A stretch of 64,000 bases of DNA from Vicinamibacterales bacterium (GCA_965197865.1 CBDANZ010000005.1:631237-695236), one strand, 5' to 3'. Positions 31,460-41,645 are shown, counted from the first letter of the stretch. Numbers and translations: made by a program. Notes: generated by a model not told the origin, from the sequence alone.

Positions 31460-31483
31460 GTGGCGCGGGACTTCAGTCCCGCC
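31460..31483 (+). repeat. GTAG-like REP
   Basis: GTGGCGCGGGACTTCAGTCCCGCC hairpin. Confidence 0.6.
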
Positions 31484-31525
31484 TGTAAGACGGTCCTGAT
31501 TCCCACAGCTAGTGGGAGAACGACG

Positions 31526-32350
31526 ATGAGTGCATGGCAGTTCGCGCGGCGAACGGTGTTGGTGCTTGGGATGTCTGCGGTCGTGGCGTCCGCCGCGTTC
31601 GCGCAGGAACAGACCAAGCCCTTCGAGCCGTCGGTTGGACTGGAGGGCAAGGACGTCGTCTGGGTGCCGACGTCGCAGGCTCTTGTGGAAAAGATGCTCG
31701 ACCTCGCCAAGGTCACGCCGCAGGACTACGTGATCGACCTCGGATCGGGCGACGGCCGCACCGTGATCACCGCTGCGAAGCGCGGCGCGCGCGCTCTCGG
31801 GATCGAGTACAACCCCGACATGGTGGAGCTGGCGATACGCAATGCGGCGGAGGCTGGCGTGACCAACCGAGCGACGTTCGTGAAGGCCGACCTCTTCGAG
31901 ACCGATTTCTCGCAGGCCACGGTTATCACGATGTTCCTACTACCCGACATCAATCTGAAGCTGCGCCCGAAGATCCTGGACATGAAGCCCGGCACGCGGA
32001 TCGTGTCGAACACGTTCAGGATGGACGACTGGCAGGCCGACGAGACCGCCACGGTAAGCGACGAGTGCGACAGCTGGTGCACGGCGCTGTTCTGGATCGT
32101 GCCGGCCAAGGTCGGGGGTAACTGGCAACTCACGCAGGGCAAGCTCGCGCTCACCCAGACCTTCCAGATGATTGCCGGCACGCTCCGGTCCGATGCGAAC
32201 AGCGTGCAGATCAGCAACGGCCGTCTGCGCGGTGACCAGATCACGTTCAGTGCGGGCGGCGTATCCTACACCGGCCGCGTCAGCGGCAATTCGATCCTCG
32301 GCACGATGACCGGCGGCAGCAACTGGTCAGCGACACGCACGGCCGGGTAA
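31526..32350 (+). CDS. Class I SAM-dependent methyltransferase with signal peptide and C-terminal beta extension (paralog of 11777..12340)
   Basis: DVVWVPT, VIDLGSGDGRTVI, GIEYN, VITMFLL, IVSNTF; N-terminus MSAWQFARRTVLVLGMSAVVASAAFAQE. Confidence 0.88.
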   Translation: MSAWQFARRTVLVLGMSAVVASAAFAQEQTKPFEPSVGLEGKDVVWVPTSQALVEKMLDLAKVTPQDYVIDLGSGDGRTVITAAKRGARALGIEYNPDMVELAIRNAAEAGVTNRATFVKADLFETDFSQATVITMFLLPDINLKLRPKILDMKPGTRIVSNTFRMDDWQADETATVSDECDSWCTALFWIVPAKVGGNWQLTQGKLALTQTFQMIAGTLRSDANSVQISNGRLRGDQITFSAGGVSYTGRVSGNSILGTMTGGSNWSATRTAG

Positions 32351-32377
32351 CGGCTGCCTGCGATTCATAACCTGGCG

Positions 32378-32401
32378 GGCGGGTTTGAAGACCCGCGCTA
32401 C
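32378..32401 (-). repeat. GTAG-type REP
   Basis: Minus strand GTAGCGCGGGTCTTCAAACCCGCC. Confidence 0.65.
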
Positions 32402-32416
32402 TACGAGGGGGAGCGC

Positions 32417-32715
32417 ATGTTTCTCGCCAGGGACATCATGTACTGCAAGCCGGGACAGGCGCGTCCGATGGTCAAGAAGTTTCTGGCCCTCAGCAAGCTG
32501 GGGCAGTAGCTGGGTTTTGGCGCGATGCGCGTGATGACCGACGTCAGCGCGGAGCACTACTGGACGGTCGCGTCGGAGGTAGAGGTGAAAGCCTCGAAGA
32601 GTACGCCGAGATGTCGAGGAAATCGATGGAAGTCAAGGAATTCAAGGAAGCAATGAAGGGGTACCATGATCTGCTCGATCACGGCCGGCGTGAAATCTAC
32701 ATGATCGAGACATAG
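32417..32715 (+). pseudogene. Small dimeric alpha/beta-barrel (NIPSNAP-like) protein, disrupted
   Basis: MFLARDIMYCKPGQARPMVKKF..LGQ*LGFGAMRVMTDVSAEHYWTV..., then a frameshift to ESLEEYAEM...YHDLLDHGRREIYMIET*. Confidence 0.6.
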
Positions 32716-32722
32716 CGCACAT

Positions 32723-34115
32723 TCAGCGCGCGGGCAGGATGACCAGGAATTCGGTGCGCCCGGGCCGCGAGTCCACCTTGATTTCGCCATCGTGTCGATT
32801 GACGAGCCGTCGCACAATATCGAGACCCAGACCGGTGCCGTGACCGACCGGTTTCGTGGTGAAGAACGGATCGAAGATCCGTTCCCGTATCTCGGCGGGA
32901 ATGCCGGGTCCATCGTCCACCACGTGCACGACGACCGAGCTTCCCTGGCGGCGCGCGGTCACTTCAACGTGACCGGACGCCGGCGCGGCGTCCAGCGCGT
33001 TGTCGACGAGGTTCGCCCACACGTGATTGAGCTCGCCACCGAAGCCCTGAACGCGAGGAAGGTCCTCCGGCACGTCGATGGTCACGCCTACCGAACCTCG
33101 CCCGCGCTTTGGACTGGAGGACGGCGAGCGTATGTAGGTGAGCTCCTGACCGACCTCCACCGGGCACGCGGCGGCCGCTTGGTCCATATAGGTGGAGCCT
33201 TTAACGGCGGCAACTAGGCGGTAGATGCGCGAGGCGGCCGCCTCGATCTCCGATACCAGCCTACGCGTGACGCAGGCGGCGGCGATCGACCGCAGCGCGG
33301 CGTCGAGCGTCTGGCCCTGCAGCACCTCAGCGAGCTGGTCGAGCCGCTCGATGGTGACAGCCGATTCAGCCAGCGCCTCTGCGGCCGTTACATCCGCCCC
33401 GGAATCCGCGAGCCACCCGGCGATCAAGTCCTCGCGATCGGCCTGCTCGAGTGGCGTGCGCACCACCTGCAGCGCCGCCGAGAGGCACTGATCGCGAACG
33501 CGATCCACGGCATCCAGCTCGGTCGCCGACAATCCCGTGCTCCCGAGTGCGCGGGAAGTCTGATCCATCTCGGCCAGGCGTTCGGCGAGCCCCTCGGCGC
33601 TGCGTGCGACGGCCGAGGCGGGGTTGTTCAGCTCGTGCGCCAACCCCGCCGCCAGCCGGCCGAGCGACAGCATCTTCTCATCGTGCCGGTCGCTCGACGT
33701 GAAGTGGCGGGCACGGTCGAGCATCACGTGCACGAGGACTTCGGTCAGCTCGTAACAGGCATGAATTATCTCCGGCAGCTTGCCGCGATCGACGGACAGC
33801 GACTCGATCGGCTCTTCCGCGACAACGCTGCCCCGGGGGGGTGACCACCCGCGAGTACGGTAGGACGCCGGTGACGTCACCTCCGCGCCAATCCATCACC
33901 TTGCGCGGTCCCACGCCACGATCGACGTGGATCGAAAGATGGCTGGAGAGCACCATGTGCAAGGCCGTCACGGGACCGGACTTCGGCGTGACCGCATCGC
34001 CCGGCGCAAACCGGCGCACCTGGCCGTGGGCGGCGATCCACTCGAGCTGTTCGCGCGGAACGCCGGCAAGCGTCCGGTGCGCGGCCAGGCGATCGACAAG
34101 ATCCGCGTCGGTCAT
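32723..34115 (-). pseudogene. cNMP-binding-domain sensor histidine kinase, frameshifted
   Basis: N-terminal cNMP-like ORF 33678-34115 is out of frame with the kinase part (LAHELNNP H-box, NLVDNALDA, VDDGPGIP, PFFTTKPVGHGTGLGL); second local frameshift near 33170. Confidence 0.8.
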
Positions 34116-34238
34116 CGCATCTGTCGCCTCATGACAGGGTCCATCAAACGTACCACTTCTATACTCAGCCGACCGAGGTACCGCTCGCGGTGCTGGTGTA
34201 CAGCAGCTCCGTACTCAGGAGACTAGCGTGTTTCGATA

Positions 34239-35648
34239 CTAGCGATCCGGAGTCGACGCCTCCCGTCCACGGAAGGTTTCGGCCGAGCCGGCAGCCTGAA
34301 ACGCGAGGGGCTGCCCCGCCGCCGTTCCCGTCACGCTGTACCGGCCGCGCAACTGCAGGAAATCCATCCCGCTCCCGAGCGGTCCCCCCTCCATGCGATT
34401 GACAACGAAATCTTCGACGGCAAACGCAAGCGTGAGATCGATCGAGGGACTTCGGCCGCGAACGGTCAGGCGCTCGGGGCGCGAGGTGCCGGGCGCGTTC
34501 ACTTCGTCGATCGTCACGTTCGTGGCGTACCCGATCGATCCGCCCGGGCCGATAGCCACAAGCAGTCCCGGGATGCGATCCGGATCGGCGGCATCTCTTG
34601 GTGGAAACACGCGGCCGTACACGACAGAGATATCGTCGTGCTGCACCTGGCCCCACTGCCAGGACACTCCCTGCCAGAAGCCCCAGTTGTGATCGTGGTA
34701 CCCGACGCCTTCGTCGAAGCTGACGCGCTCGCCGTCGACGACGAGCGTCCCGCCGAGGGAGCCAGAGATCACCGGTACGACGTAGCCCGATCGCCACTCG
34801 CCGGCGCCATGGATCTCAATTGGAGGTATGAGTCGGCTGGGTACGGCCTCGATGAACAGATCACCCGCCGCTCGGCGGCCGCCCTCGCCGCCCAAATCGA
34901 GCGAGATGTGATACCGCGTGCCCTCCAGTCGGATCCGGTTGACGCCAATGGTCAGCTCCGGCGCCGCGGCAACGGCGGCAGCGTCTAGCGCCGCGGTGGC
35001 ATCGAAGGACTCGACCTGGCCGCCGCGCTCCACCTGCAGCCACACGCCTGCCGCGCGCAGGCCGTCCGGCCGGGCGGGACCGACGAGGAAGGTCAGATAG
35101 AACCGCGCCGCTTTCGACCTTCCGTTGAAGTAGAGCCACTCCGCCCACGACGCCGCGCGCGCGGGAACGTCGGGCACGGGCCGGAAGCGATCGATGTCGC
35201 GGAGCACGTCGGCGGGATCCGGCGAGGCCCAGGCGGCGTCGGCAGGCGCATCGATCCAGGCTGCGACGCTAGAGACCTCCGGATCGCCGAGCGCCCTTTC
35301 CAGGCTTGGAATCCCGCCACGAGCCCGCACGGGCGTCGCGCCCTCCTCGCGAATCAGGTACAGCGTGGTGCGTGTCCACGGCGACGCGGCACGGGCGCGG
35401 CCCGCGAGGGGTGAGGTCTGCAGCGTGCTCGTCAGCAGCACGCGCGCGGCCGTGATGCCAGCGGCGGTGCTCGTGACGATCACGTCGCCACCGCCGACGA
35501 GAACCGGCGATCGCGCCTGCTCCAGCACGATCTGCGAGACTCCGAGCAGAGTCGCCATCACCGCGATACCCGTCCCGAAGCCGGCCGCCAGAACGGCGCC
35601 CCGGACCGGGTGGGTGAACAGGGACCGCTTGGCGAGCTTCATAATCAC
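34239..35648 (-). CDS. ABC-permease-like N-terminal TM anchor fused to an AttH/CrtC-like lipocalin-fold hydratase domain
   Basis: N-terminus LAKRSLFTHPVRGAVLAAGFG resembles FtsX-permease TM1; WAEWLYFNG and GYHDHNWG motifs. Confidence 0.7.
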   Translation of the reverse strand: MIMKLAKRSLFTHPVRGAVLAAGFGTGIAVMATLLGVSQIVLEQARSPVLVGGGDVIVTSTAAGITAARVLLTSTLQTSPLAGRARAASPWTRTTLYLIREEGATPVRARGGIPSLERALGDPEVSSVAAWIDAPADAAWASPDPADVLRDIDRFRPVPDVPARAASWAEWLYFNGRSKAARFYLTFLVGPARPDGLRAAGVWLQVERGGQVESFDATAALDAAAVAAAPELTIGVNRIRLEGTRYHISLDLGGEGGRRAAGDLFIEAVPSRLIPPIEIHGAGEWRSGYVVPVISGSLGGTLVVDGERVSFDEGVGYHDHNWGFWQGVSWQWGQVQHDDISVVYGRVFPPRDAADPDRIPGLLVAIGPGGSIGYATNVTIDEVNAPGTSRPERLTVRGRSPSIDLTLAFAVEDFVVNRMEGGPLGSGMDFLQLRGRYSVTGTAAGQPLAFQAAGSAETFRGREASTPDR

Positions 35649-36358
35649 GTTCGCCTCTCCTCGCCCACGACTCGGCCGTCGCGCATCGCCAGCACCCGGT
35701 CGGCGCGTCGTGCGAGCAGTTCGTCGTGCGTGACAATCACAACGGCGGTGCCGTCGGCGTTCACGCGATCGAGCAGCGCCGCAATCTGTTCGCCCGTCCC
35801 CTGATCGAGTTCGCCCGTTGGCTCATCGGCCAGAAGCAGCCGCGGCCGGTTCGCCAGCGCCCGCGCGATAGCAACGCGCTGCATTTCGCCTCCGGAAAGC
35901 TGCGACGGGCGGTGATCGGCGCGCACCGAAAGCCCCACGTACTTCAGCAGTTCAGCGGTACGCTCCATCCGCTCGATCCGGGGCACCCCGGCTTCCGCCT
36001 GGGGTAGCTCGACATTCTCGGCGGCAGTGAGCATTGGCAGCAGGAAGAAGCGCTGGAAGATGAAGCCAATGCGCGTCAACCGGATCGCGCTTCGTTCACG
36101 ATCGCCGAGCGTCGCCACATCGTGGTCTTCGAACAAGAGCGTGCCGCCACTGGGTGCGTCCACGCACCCAAGCAAATGGAGGAGGGTCGATTTCCCGCAC
36201 CCCGACGGGCCGCAGATCGCGACGTGGTCGCCCTCGCCGATACGTAAACCGACCTCGCGCACCGCGACGACCGGACCTGCCGGCATCGGGAACACGCGCG
36301 TCACCTCGCGCGCTTCGACCACAGCTCTGAGGACGGGGACTCCCGGCTCGAGCGTCAC
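35645..36358 (-). CDS. ABC transporter ATP-binding protein (LolD/MacB type)
   Basis: [45 protein letters not shown]. Confidence 0.95.
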   Translation of the reverse strand: MTLEPGVPVLRAVVEAREVTRVFPMPAGPVVAVREVGLRIGEGDHVAICGPSGCGKSTLLHLLGCVDAPSGGTLLFEDHDVATLGDRERSAIRLTRIGFIFQRFFLLPMLTAAENVELPQAEAGVPRIERMERTAELLKYVGLSVRADHRPSQLSGGEMQRVAIARALANRPRLLLADEPTGELDQGTGEQIAALLDRVNADGTAVVIVTHDELLARRADRVLAMRDGRVVGEERRT

Positions 36359-37560
36359 GAGACCGTCTCATTCCGAAGCGTCGTCGCGATCGGGAGCCGC
36401 GCGACGACGCACATCGGATACAAGGCCGCGACAATCGCGGTTGCGGCGAGGAGGGCGACGTGCACGGCGACGGCACGTGGCTCGAACACGAAAAAATGCA
36501 ACTCCGCCGGAATGCCGGGCATGGTTTTCAGAATCCAGTCGAGCCACGCTGCGAGCGCTATCCCGAGCGGCAGCGCCAGAGCGCCGCCGATGCCGACGAT
36601 GAGCGCGGACTCGCACAGAACGTCGGCCACGACGCGACGCGCGGAAAAGCCCAGGGCGCGGAGCGAGGCGATCTCCCCGAGCCGCTGGTTGACCGACACG
36701 GTCAGCAGCACGGTAATGAGGAGCAGGGCGAAGGACAGCGTAACCACGGCGAGCACTGTGGAGATCTGTCGGAAGTACGAGAACCTGGCTTGCTGCAGAC
36801 GCGCGACAAGCTGCTCGTTCGTGAGCGCGACCAGATTCGGCTCGAGCCGCTCAATCGCGAGGCGGGCCGTCTCGCCGTCAACGCCCTCGGATGAGGCCAC
36901 CAGCACCATGTCCGCCTCATCCCGGCCTTCATTGCCGCATGCGTGGGCAGCGTCGATGAACGTGGTTGAAGCGCTCAACTGCATCGGGTCGTCGAAAGGG
37001 AATCGGGCGATTCCCACGACGACCATCGTAATGGGGGGCAGGATGGACCTGCGGGCGCCGCAGGAGGCTCGAAGCCTCACCTCGTCGCCGGGCCGGCGTC
37101 CGAGCCGGTCAGCCAGCGTGCGATTCAGGAGTACCTCGCCGGTCGGTCGGCCACTTCCAGAAAGATCGTGTCCCTCGACAACGGTCCACGGTCGCCTGCG
37201 GGACGCGGCTGCGCCGAAGAACGAGACTAGTAACGGCCGCGCGCGGTCGCGTGACTCGATCTCTGCCACATCGATCAGGAGCGGCACTGCTTCGTCGACT
37301 TCCGCAAGCGTTGCCATCGCCCGAGCGACCTCGACTGCGCCGGGAATGCGCGGCCCGCTTCCGGGCACCGACGGCGTGGAGGTGACGCGGACGTTGAAAC
37401 CGCCTCGATCGAGGAGGCTCTGCATGGAGATCACGAGGCCGCGCGACAAGAGCAGCATGTCAAGAAGCAGGGCGCCCACGGCGGCGACACCGATGATGCC
37501 AAGGAGGGTGCGAGCGGGCTGACGCACCAGGCTCCGCCACGCGAACGCGAGTACCTTCAT
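36355..37560 (-). CDS. ABC transporter permease (MacB/FtsX family)
   Basis: FAWRSLVRQPARTLLG, SVNQRLGEIASLRALG; start MKVLAF. Confidence 0.9.
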   Translation of the reverse strand: MKVLAFAWRSLVRQPARTLLGIIGVAAVGALLLDMLLLSRGLVISMQSLLDRGGFNVRVTSTPSVPGSGPRIPGAVEVARAMATLAEVDEAVPLLIDVAEIESRDRARPLLVSFFGAAASRRRPWTVVEGHDLSGSGRPTGEVLLNRTLADRLGRRPGDEVRLRASCGARRSILPPITMVVVGIARFPFDDPMQLSASTTFIDAAHACGNEGRDEADMVLVASSEGVDGETARLAIERLEPNLVALTNEQLVARLQQARFSYFRQISTVLAVVTLSFALLLITVLLTVSVNQRLGEIASLRALGFSARRVVADVLCESALIVGIGGALALPLGIALAAWLDWILKTMPGIPAELHFFVFEPRAVAVHVALLAATAIVAALYPMCVVARLPIATTLRNETVS

Positions 37561-38423
37561 CGGCGGGCCAGGGAAAGGACGCTCTGGCGGAGCAGCGTCC
37601 ACGACGCAGCAACGCTCGCCAGCGCGCCGAGCGGCACGGCGATAGCGATCGATCGCAACGCTACGCCCGGCGTGATCCGCACGAACACGAGTGCCGTGTC
37701 GTAGTGCCACTGAAAATAGCGGTTGATCAGGCCCTCCGCCACGACCGCCAGCCCGAGACCGAAAACGGCGCCAGTCACGGCGATGAGCAGGCCCTCGACG
37801 AACACCTGCGCTAGGATCCGCCTCGTCGTAAGGCCGATCAGCCTGAGGATGCCGATCGTCTCGCGCCGCTCGTCGACGAGCATCACCGTGAGCGCGAGCA
37901 GGAACACGGTGCTTGCCACGATGGTGACGATGGCGATCGCGAGATGGAAGCGTTCGAGCACGACAAAGGTGTTGGCCTCGTCGGACGCTCCCTGAACCGG
38001 CTGCACGATGACGCCCGGAACGCGTGCCGCCACGTCACGTGAGAAGGCCACCGCATCGTCGGGGTCCAGGAGCGCGATATTGATGGCGCCGACCCTCTGC
38101 CCCGAAAGAGGATCCGCCGGATCGGCACCCATTTCGAGCAGATCGGGCAGGTGGAGGCGCACCTCGTGCTTCGACGCGCTGATACGTATCGGGTCTGGGG
38201 AAGGTTCGTAGATGCCGGCCACGCGAAACTCGCGCGACTTCCCGCCAGACGGCTCGGTCGACAAGCCGACGACGGCGCCATCAGGAATGCGGAAAGCTTC
38301 AGCAAGTTGCCGTGAAATGAGGACCTTCGGCAGTGGCTCGTCGGCGCGCGCATCTCGCACCGTCGTGGCGGTCGCGAGCGCCATCGCGAAACAGACGACC
38401 GCCACGAGTGCGGTACGGATCAT
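37557..38423 (-). CDS. ABC transporter permease (FtsX family, short)
   Basis: LVDERRETIGILRLIG; three C-terminal TM helices. Confidence 0.85.
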   Translation of the reverse strand: MIRTALVAVVCFAMALATATTVRDARADEPLPKVLISRQLAEAFRIPDGAVVGLSTEPSGGKSREFRVAGIYEPSPDPIRISASKHEVRLHLPDLLEMGADPADPLSGQRVGAINIALLDPDDAVAFSRDVAARVPGVIVQPVQGASDEANTFVVLERFHLAIAIVTIVASTVFLLALTVMLVDERRETIGILRLIGLTTRRILAQVFVEGLLIAVTGAVFGLGLAVVAEGLINRYFQWHYDTALVFVRITPGVALRSIAIAVPLGALASVAASWTLLRQSVLSLARR

Positions 38424-38666
38424 CGATCGGATTATAGCGGCTCGAAAGTCCCCATCCCCCTACATCCTCCTGAGCAGATTCGGGTACATCCTCCGATAGT
38501 CCTGGCTGCGAAACGCTCGGCCGGCGGCACCTTCGCGTCTTCGTTCCGCACGTAGCGTTGCTCGCCAGACCACTTTGCCGTTGGCCGCGCCGACGCACGC
38601 CGCGAAATCAAGAGCATCGCCGCGATCTTATCAACTTGCGCCAACACGCGACTTCAAGACTCGGCG

Positions 38667-38714
38667 GGCGGGTCTGAAGCCCCGCGCTACGTCAGTAGCG
38701 CAGGTCTCTAGACC
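38667..38714. repeat. Back-to-back GTAG-type REPs
   Basis: Minus strand GTAGCGCGGGGCTTCAGACCCGCC (38667-38690) and plus strand GTAGCGCAGGTCTCTAGACCTG (from 38695). Confidence 0.65.
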
Positions 38715-38747
38715 TGGAGAAGCCGCGACGCATGGTACGATCTTAAG

Positions 38748-40286
38748 GTGTCGTCCGTTCACTCATCACTTCCAATCAGCCTCCGCCGCCGGCGCGCCAT
38801 TACCGCGGGCCTGCTCCTCGGAATGAGTCTCGGCGCCCTCGAAGCGACGGTCGTCAGCACCGCCATGCCGACCGTCATCGAGACGCTTGGTGGACTTGCC
38901 TATTACAGTTGGGTCTTCGCGGCTTACCTGCTCACATCGACCGCTTCGGTTCCTATTTGGGGTCGGCTTTCTGATCTGTACGGCCGGCGACGGCTGTATC
39001 TGGTGGGCATCTTCGTCTTCATCGTCGGCTCGACGTTATCGGGTGCTGCCACGACGATGACCGAGCTCATCGTGTTTCGCGCGATCCAAGGTCTCGGCGC
39101 CGGCGCGGTGATCCCGCTCAGCATGACGATTGTCGGCGAGCTGTACGCGCTCGAGGAACGCGCGCGCGCGCAGGCGTTGTTCAGTGGCGTGTGGGGCATC
39201 GCGTCGATCGCGGGACCGCTCGTCGGCGGCTACATCACCGACGTGATCTCGTGGCGGTGGGTATTCTTCCTGAACCTGCCGTTCGGCCTGCTTGCGACCG
39301 TCGTCATCGCGGTCTGGTACCCGCCGACGGCGCGAACGGCAGCGGCGCGGGTAGACTGGCCGGGCGCGGCGCTGATCTTCGGCGGCGTCACGGCGCTCCT
39401 CGTCGCGCTCAGCGGCGCGACCGAAGCGGTGATGCCCTGGCTGGCCGCGACGGCGGTGCTGCTCTTTTTCTTCTGGCTCGTCGAGCGCCGGACGGCCCAT
39501 CCGATTCTTCCGCTCGAGCTGTTCCGCCACTCCATCGTCTCCTGTTCACTGATGGTTGTATTCATGACCGGCATGGCGATGTTCGGTGTGATTGCGTTCT
39601 TGCCGCTGTTCGTGCAGGTGGTGATGGGCGGCACGGCGACTCAGGCCGGGCAGGCGCTGACGCCGCTGTTCCTCGGCTGGGTAACCACCTCGATTGTGGG
39701 TGCGCGGCTCACGGTCCATGTCGGCCATCGGCTGGTTGCCATAGTGGGTGGCGCGCTGCTCCTGGCCGGGTTCGTGGCATTGGCGATGATTGATGCGGAC
39801 GCGACGCTCATGGCGCTGCTGCTCGCGGTGTTCGTGCTTGGCTGCGGCATGGGACTGTCGATGCTGTCGCTGCTGCTGGCCGTCCAGCACGGCGTCGACC
39901 GTTCCCTGTTGGGACTCGCGACCTCGCTGAACCAGTTCTCGCGCAGCGTGGGCGCGGCGGTCGGCGTGGCCGCGATGGGCGCCATCCTTGTGCGCGGTCT
40001 CTCAGGCGTGGACCTCCCGGGCGGCGTGCACGGGACTGCGTCCGGAGTCCTTCAGCTCGAAGGCGCCGCCCGCGTACAGTTTGCGTACGCGCTCAATCGC
40101 GTCTTTGCGGCGGGAGTGGTGATGTCGGCCATCGGGCTGGTGGCGTCGTTCTTTCTGCCGCCTGTTGATTTTGCCCGCGGCGTGCCCGCCGGTGCTGGTG
40201 AGCAGATGCTTGCGGCCGAAATGACCAGCCTGGAGCCGGAGAGCGAGCTCGAAGCAGTGGCCCCTGCTGCTTCTCGAACACCATGA
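38748..40286 (+). CDS. MFS drug:H+ antiporter (DHA2, EmrB/QacA, 14 TMS)
   Basis: LEATVVSTAMPT, WGRLSDLYGRRR, RAIQGLGAG, GPLVGGYIT, WRWVFFLNLPFG. Confidence 0.93.
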   Translation: MSSVHSSLPISLRRRRAITAGLLLGMSLGALEATVVSTAMPTVIETLGGLAYYSWVFAAYLLTSTASVPIWGRLSDLYGRRRLYLVGIFVFIVGSTLSGAATTMTELIVFRAIQGLGAGAVIPLSMTIVGELYALEERARAQALFSGVWGIASIAGPLVGGYITDVISWRWVFFLNLPFGLLATVVIAVWYPPTARTAAARVDWPGAALIFGGVTALLVALSGATEAVMPWLAATAVLLFFFWLVERRTAHPILPLELFRHSIVSCSLMVVFMTGMAMFGVIAFLPLFVQVVMGGTATQAGQALTPLFLGWVTTSIVGARLTVHVGHRLVAIVGGALLLAGFVALAMIDADATLMALLLAVFVLGCGMGLSMLSLLLAVQHGVDRSLLGLATSLNQFSRSVGAAVGVAAMGAILVRGLSGVDLPGGVHGTASGVLQLEGAARVQFAYALNRVFAAGVVMSAIGLVASFFLPPVDFARGVPAGAGEQMLAAEMTSLEPESELEAVAPAASRTP

Positions 40287-40694
40287 TGTCGACCTCATTC
40301 GAACCACTGGTACGGTCCCACTAGCTTCCAACTAGAGCACATTACGCGGGTGACTACCCGAGCGCTGTACTTCAACGACACCCTGGCGGTCGGATGGGTG
40401 AACGATGTGGCTTACTCTTATTCATCCAGACGCGGAGATCGTCCAGACCCGAAACGACCCCGCCCGTTCAACGGGGTTGATCAAACGCGCCGACACGGCC
40501 GCCAGTTAGCCAGGGGCGTGGGCTTCGCGATGAGCATGGCAATCTATTGGCACGCCGGTAGCGCCCGCAGCTTCGCGCGAATGGAATCCGTGCTGCCGCC
40601 TAGCTGTACCGGCCAATCGTCTTTCATGAATAATCCGCGTTGGCGATACAATAAGCGGCCGAGCAGACGTCGCGTGATTTCCTGGAGGTGTGTC

Positions 40695-41645
40695 ATGAAG
40701 CGAGCGATCGGACTCACGGTTCTTGTGGGTGCAGGAGCGATAGCCATCAGCGTTGCGTCCCTCACCGGTCAGCAGGCCCCGCCGGGCGCAGAGATCCAGA
40801 AGGTCAAGGACAACCTGTACATGATCACCGGAGGCGGTGGGAATACGGTGGCGTTCGTGACGACCAATGGCGTGGTCCTTGTCGACACCAAACTCGCCAA
40901 TTGGGACCAGGCATTTCTCACCAACCCGGGCGGTGCGCCAATCAGCTTCGACACCGAACTCGCCAATTGGGGCCAGGCAATCCTCGACAAGGTCAGGACC
41001 GTCACGGACCGGCCGGTGACGACGATCGTCAACACCCATACACACGGCGATCACGTCGGCAGCAACGAGTTTTTCGGCACGAACGTCGAGATTGTCGTCC
41101 ACGAAAATACGAGGGTGAACATGCAGAGGATGGACATCTTCACGGGCGACAACGTGCGATTCTTGCCGAAACGAACGTACAAAGACAGGCTATCACTCGG
41201 CAGTGGCGACGACCGGGTCGACCTCTACTACTTCGGTCCCGGCCACACGAATGGCGACACCTTCGTCGTGTTCCCGGCGCTGCGGACGCTGCATTCAGGC
41301 GACATGTTCCCGGGCAAGCAAACGCCCTTCATCGATGGGAACAACGGCGGCAGCGCGATAAACTACGGGACGACGCTCAAGAAGGCGGCGAACGCCATCA
41401 CCGATATCGACACCATCATCACCGGGCACAGCCCGTTGCTGACCCCAGCCGACCTGAAGGAATACGCCCAGTTCAACCAAGACTTCATCACCTGGGTGCG
41501 GGGTCAGATCAAGGCTGGAAAGAGTGTGGAGGATTCGGCAGCCGAGTACCAGCTTCCGGCCAAGTACCAGGGCTACACGATCTCGACGTTCCTCGGTGGC
41601 ATCCGGAACAACATCCAGATTGCTTACAACGAGCTGAACCGCTAG
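40695..41645 (+). CDS. Secreted metallo-beta-lactamase-fold hydrolase (cyclase-like) with an internal 22-aa duplication/insertion
   Basis: THTHGDH, GHTNGD, SGDM, ITGHS motifs; signal peptide MKRAIGLTVLVGAGAIAISVA. Confidence 0.88.
   Translation: MKRAIGLTVLVGAGAIAISVASLTGQQAPPGAEIQKVKDNLYMITGGGGNTVAFVTTNGVVLVDTKLANWDQAFLTNPGGAPISFDTELANWGQAILDKVRTVTDRPVTTIVNTHTHGDHVGSNEFFGTNVEIVVHENTRVNMQRMDIFTGDNVRFLPKRTYKDRLSLGSGDDRVDLYYFGPGHTNGDTFVVFPALRTLHSGDMFPGKQTPFIDGNNGGSAINYGTTLKKAANAITDIDTIITGHSPLLTPADLKEYAQFNQDFITWVRGQIKAGKSVEDSAAEYQLPAKYQGYTISTFLGGIRNNIQIAYNELNR
40883..40985 (+). repeat. Two 37-bp imperfect direct repeats, period 66 bp, inside the MBL gene
   Basis: CGACACCAAACTCGCCAATTGGGACCAGGCATTTCTC vs CGACACCGAACTCGCCAATTGGGGCCAGGCAATCCTC (4 mismatches). 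Confidence 0.85.

Noticed and set aside
40883-40985. CRISPR mini-array (37-bp repeat, 29-bp spacer)
   Set aside because: Only two imperfect, non-palindromic repeats, in frame inside a protein gene, with no cas genes or leader.
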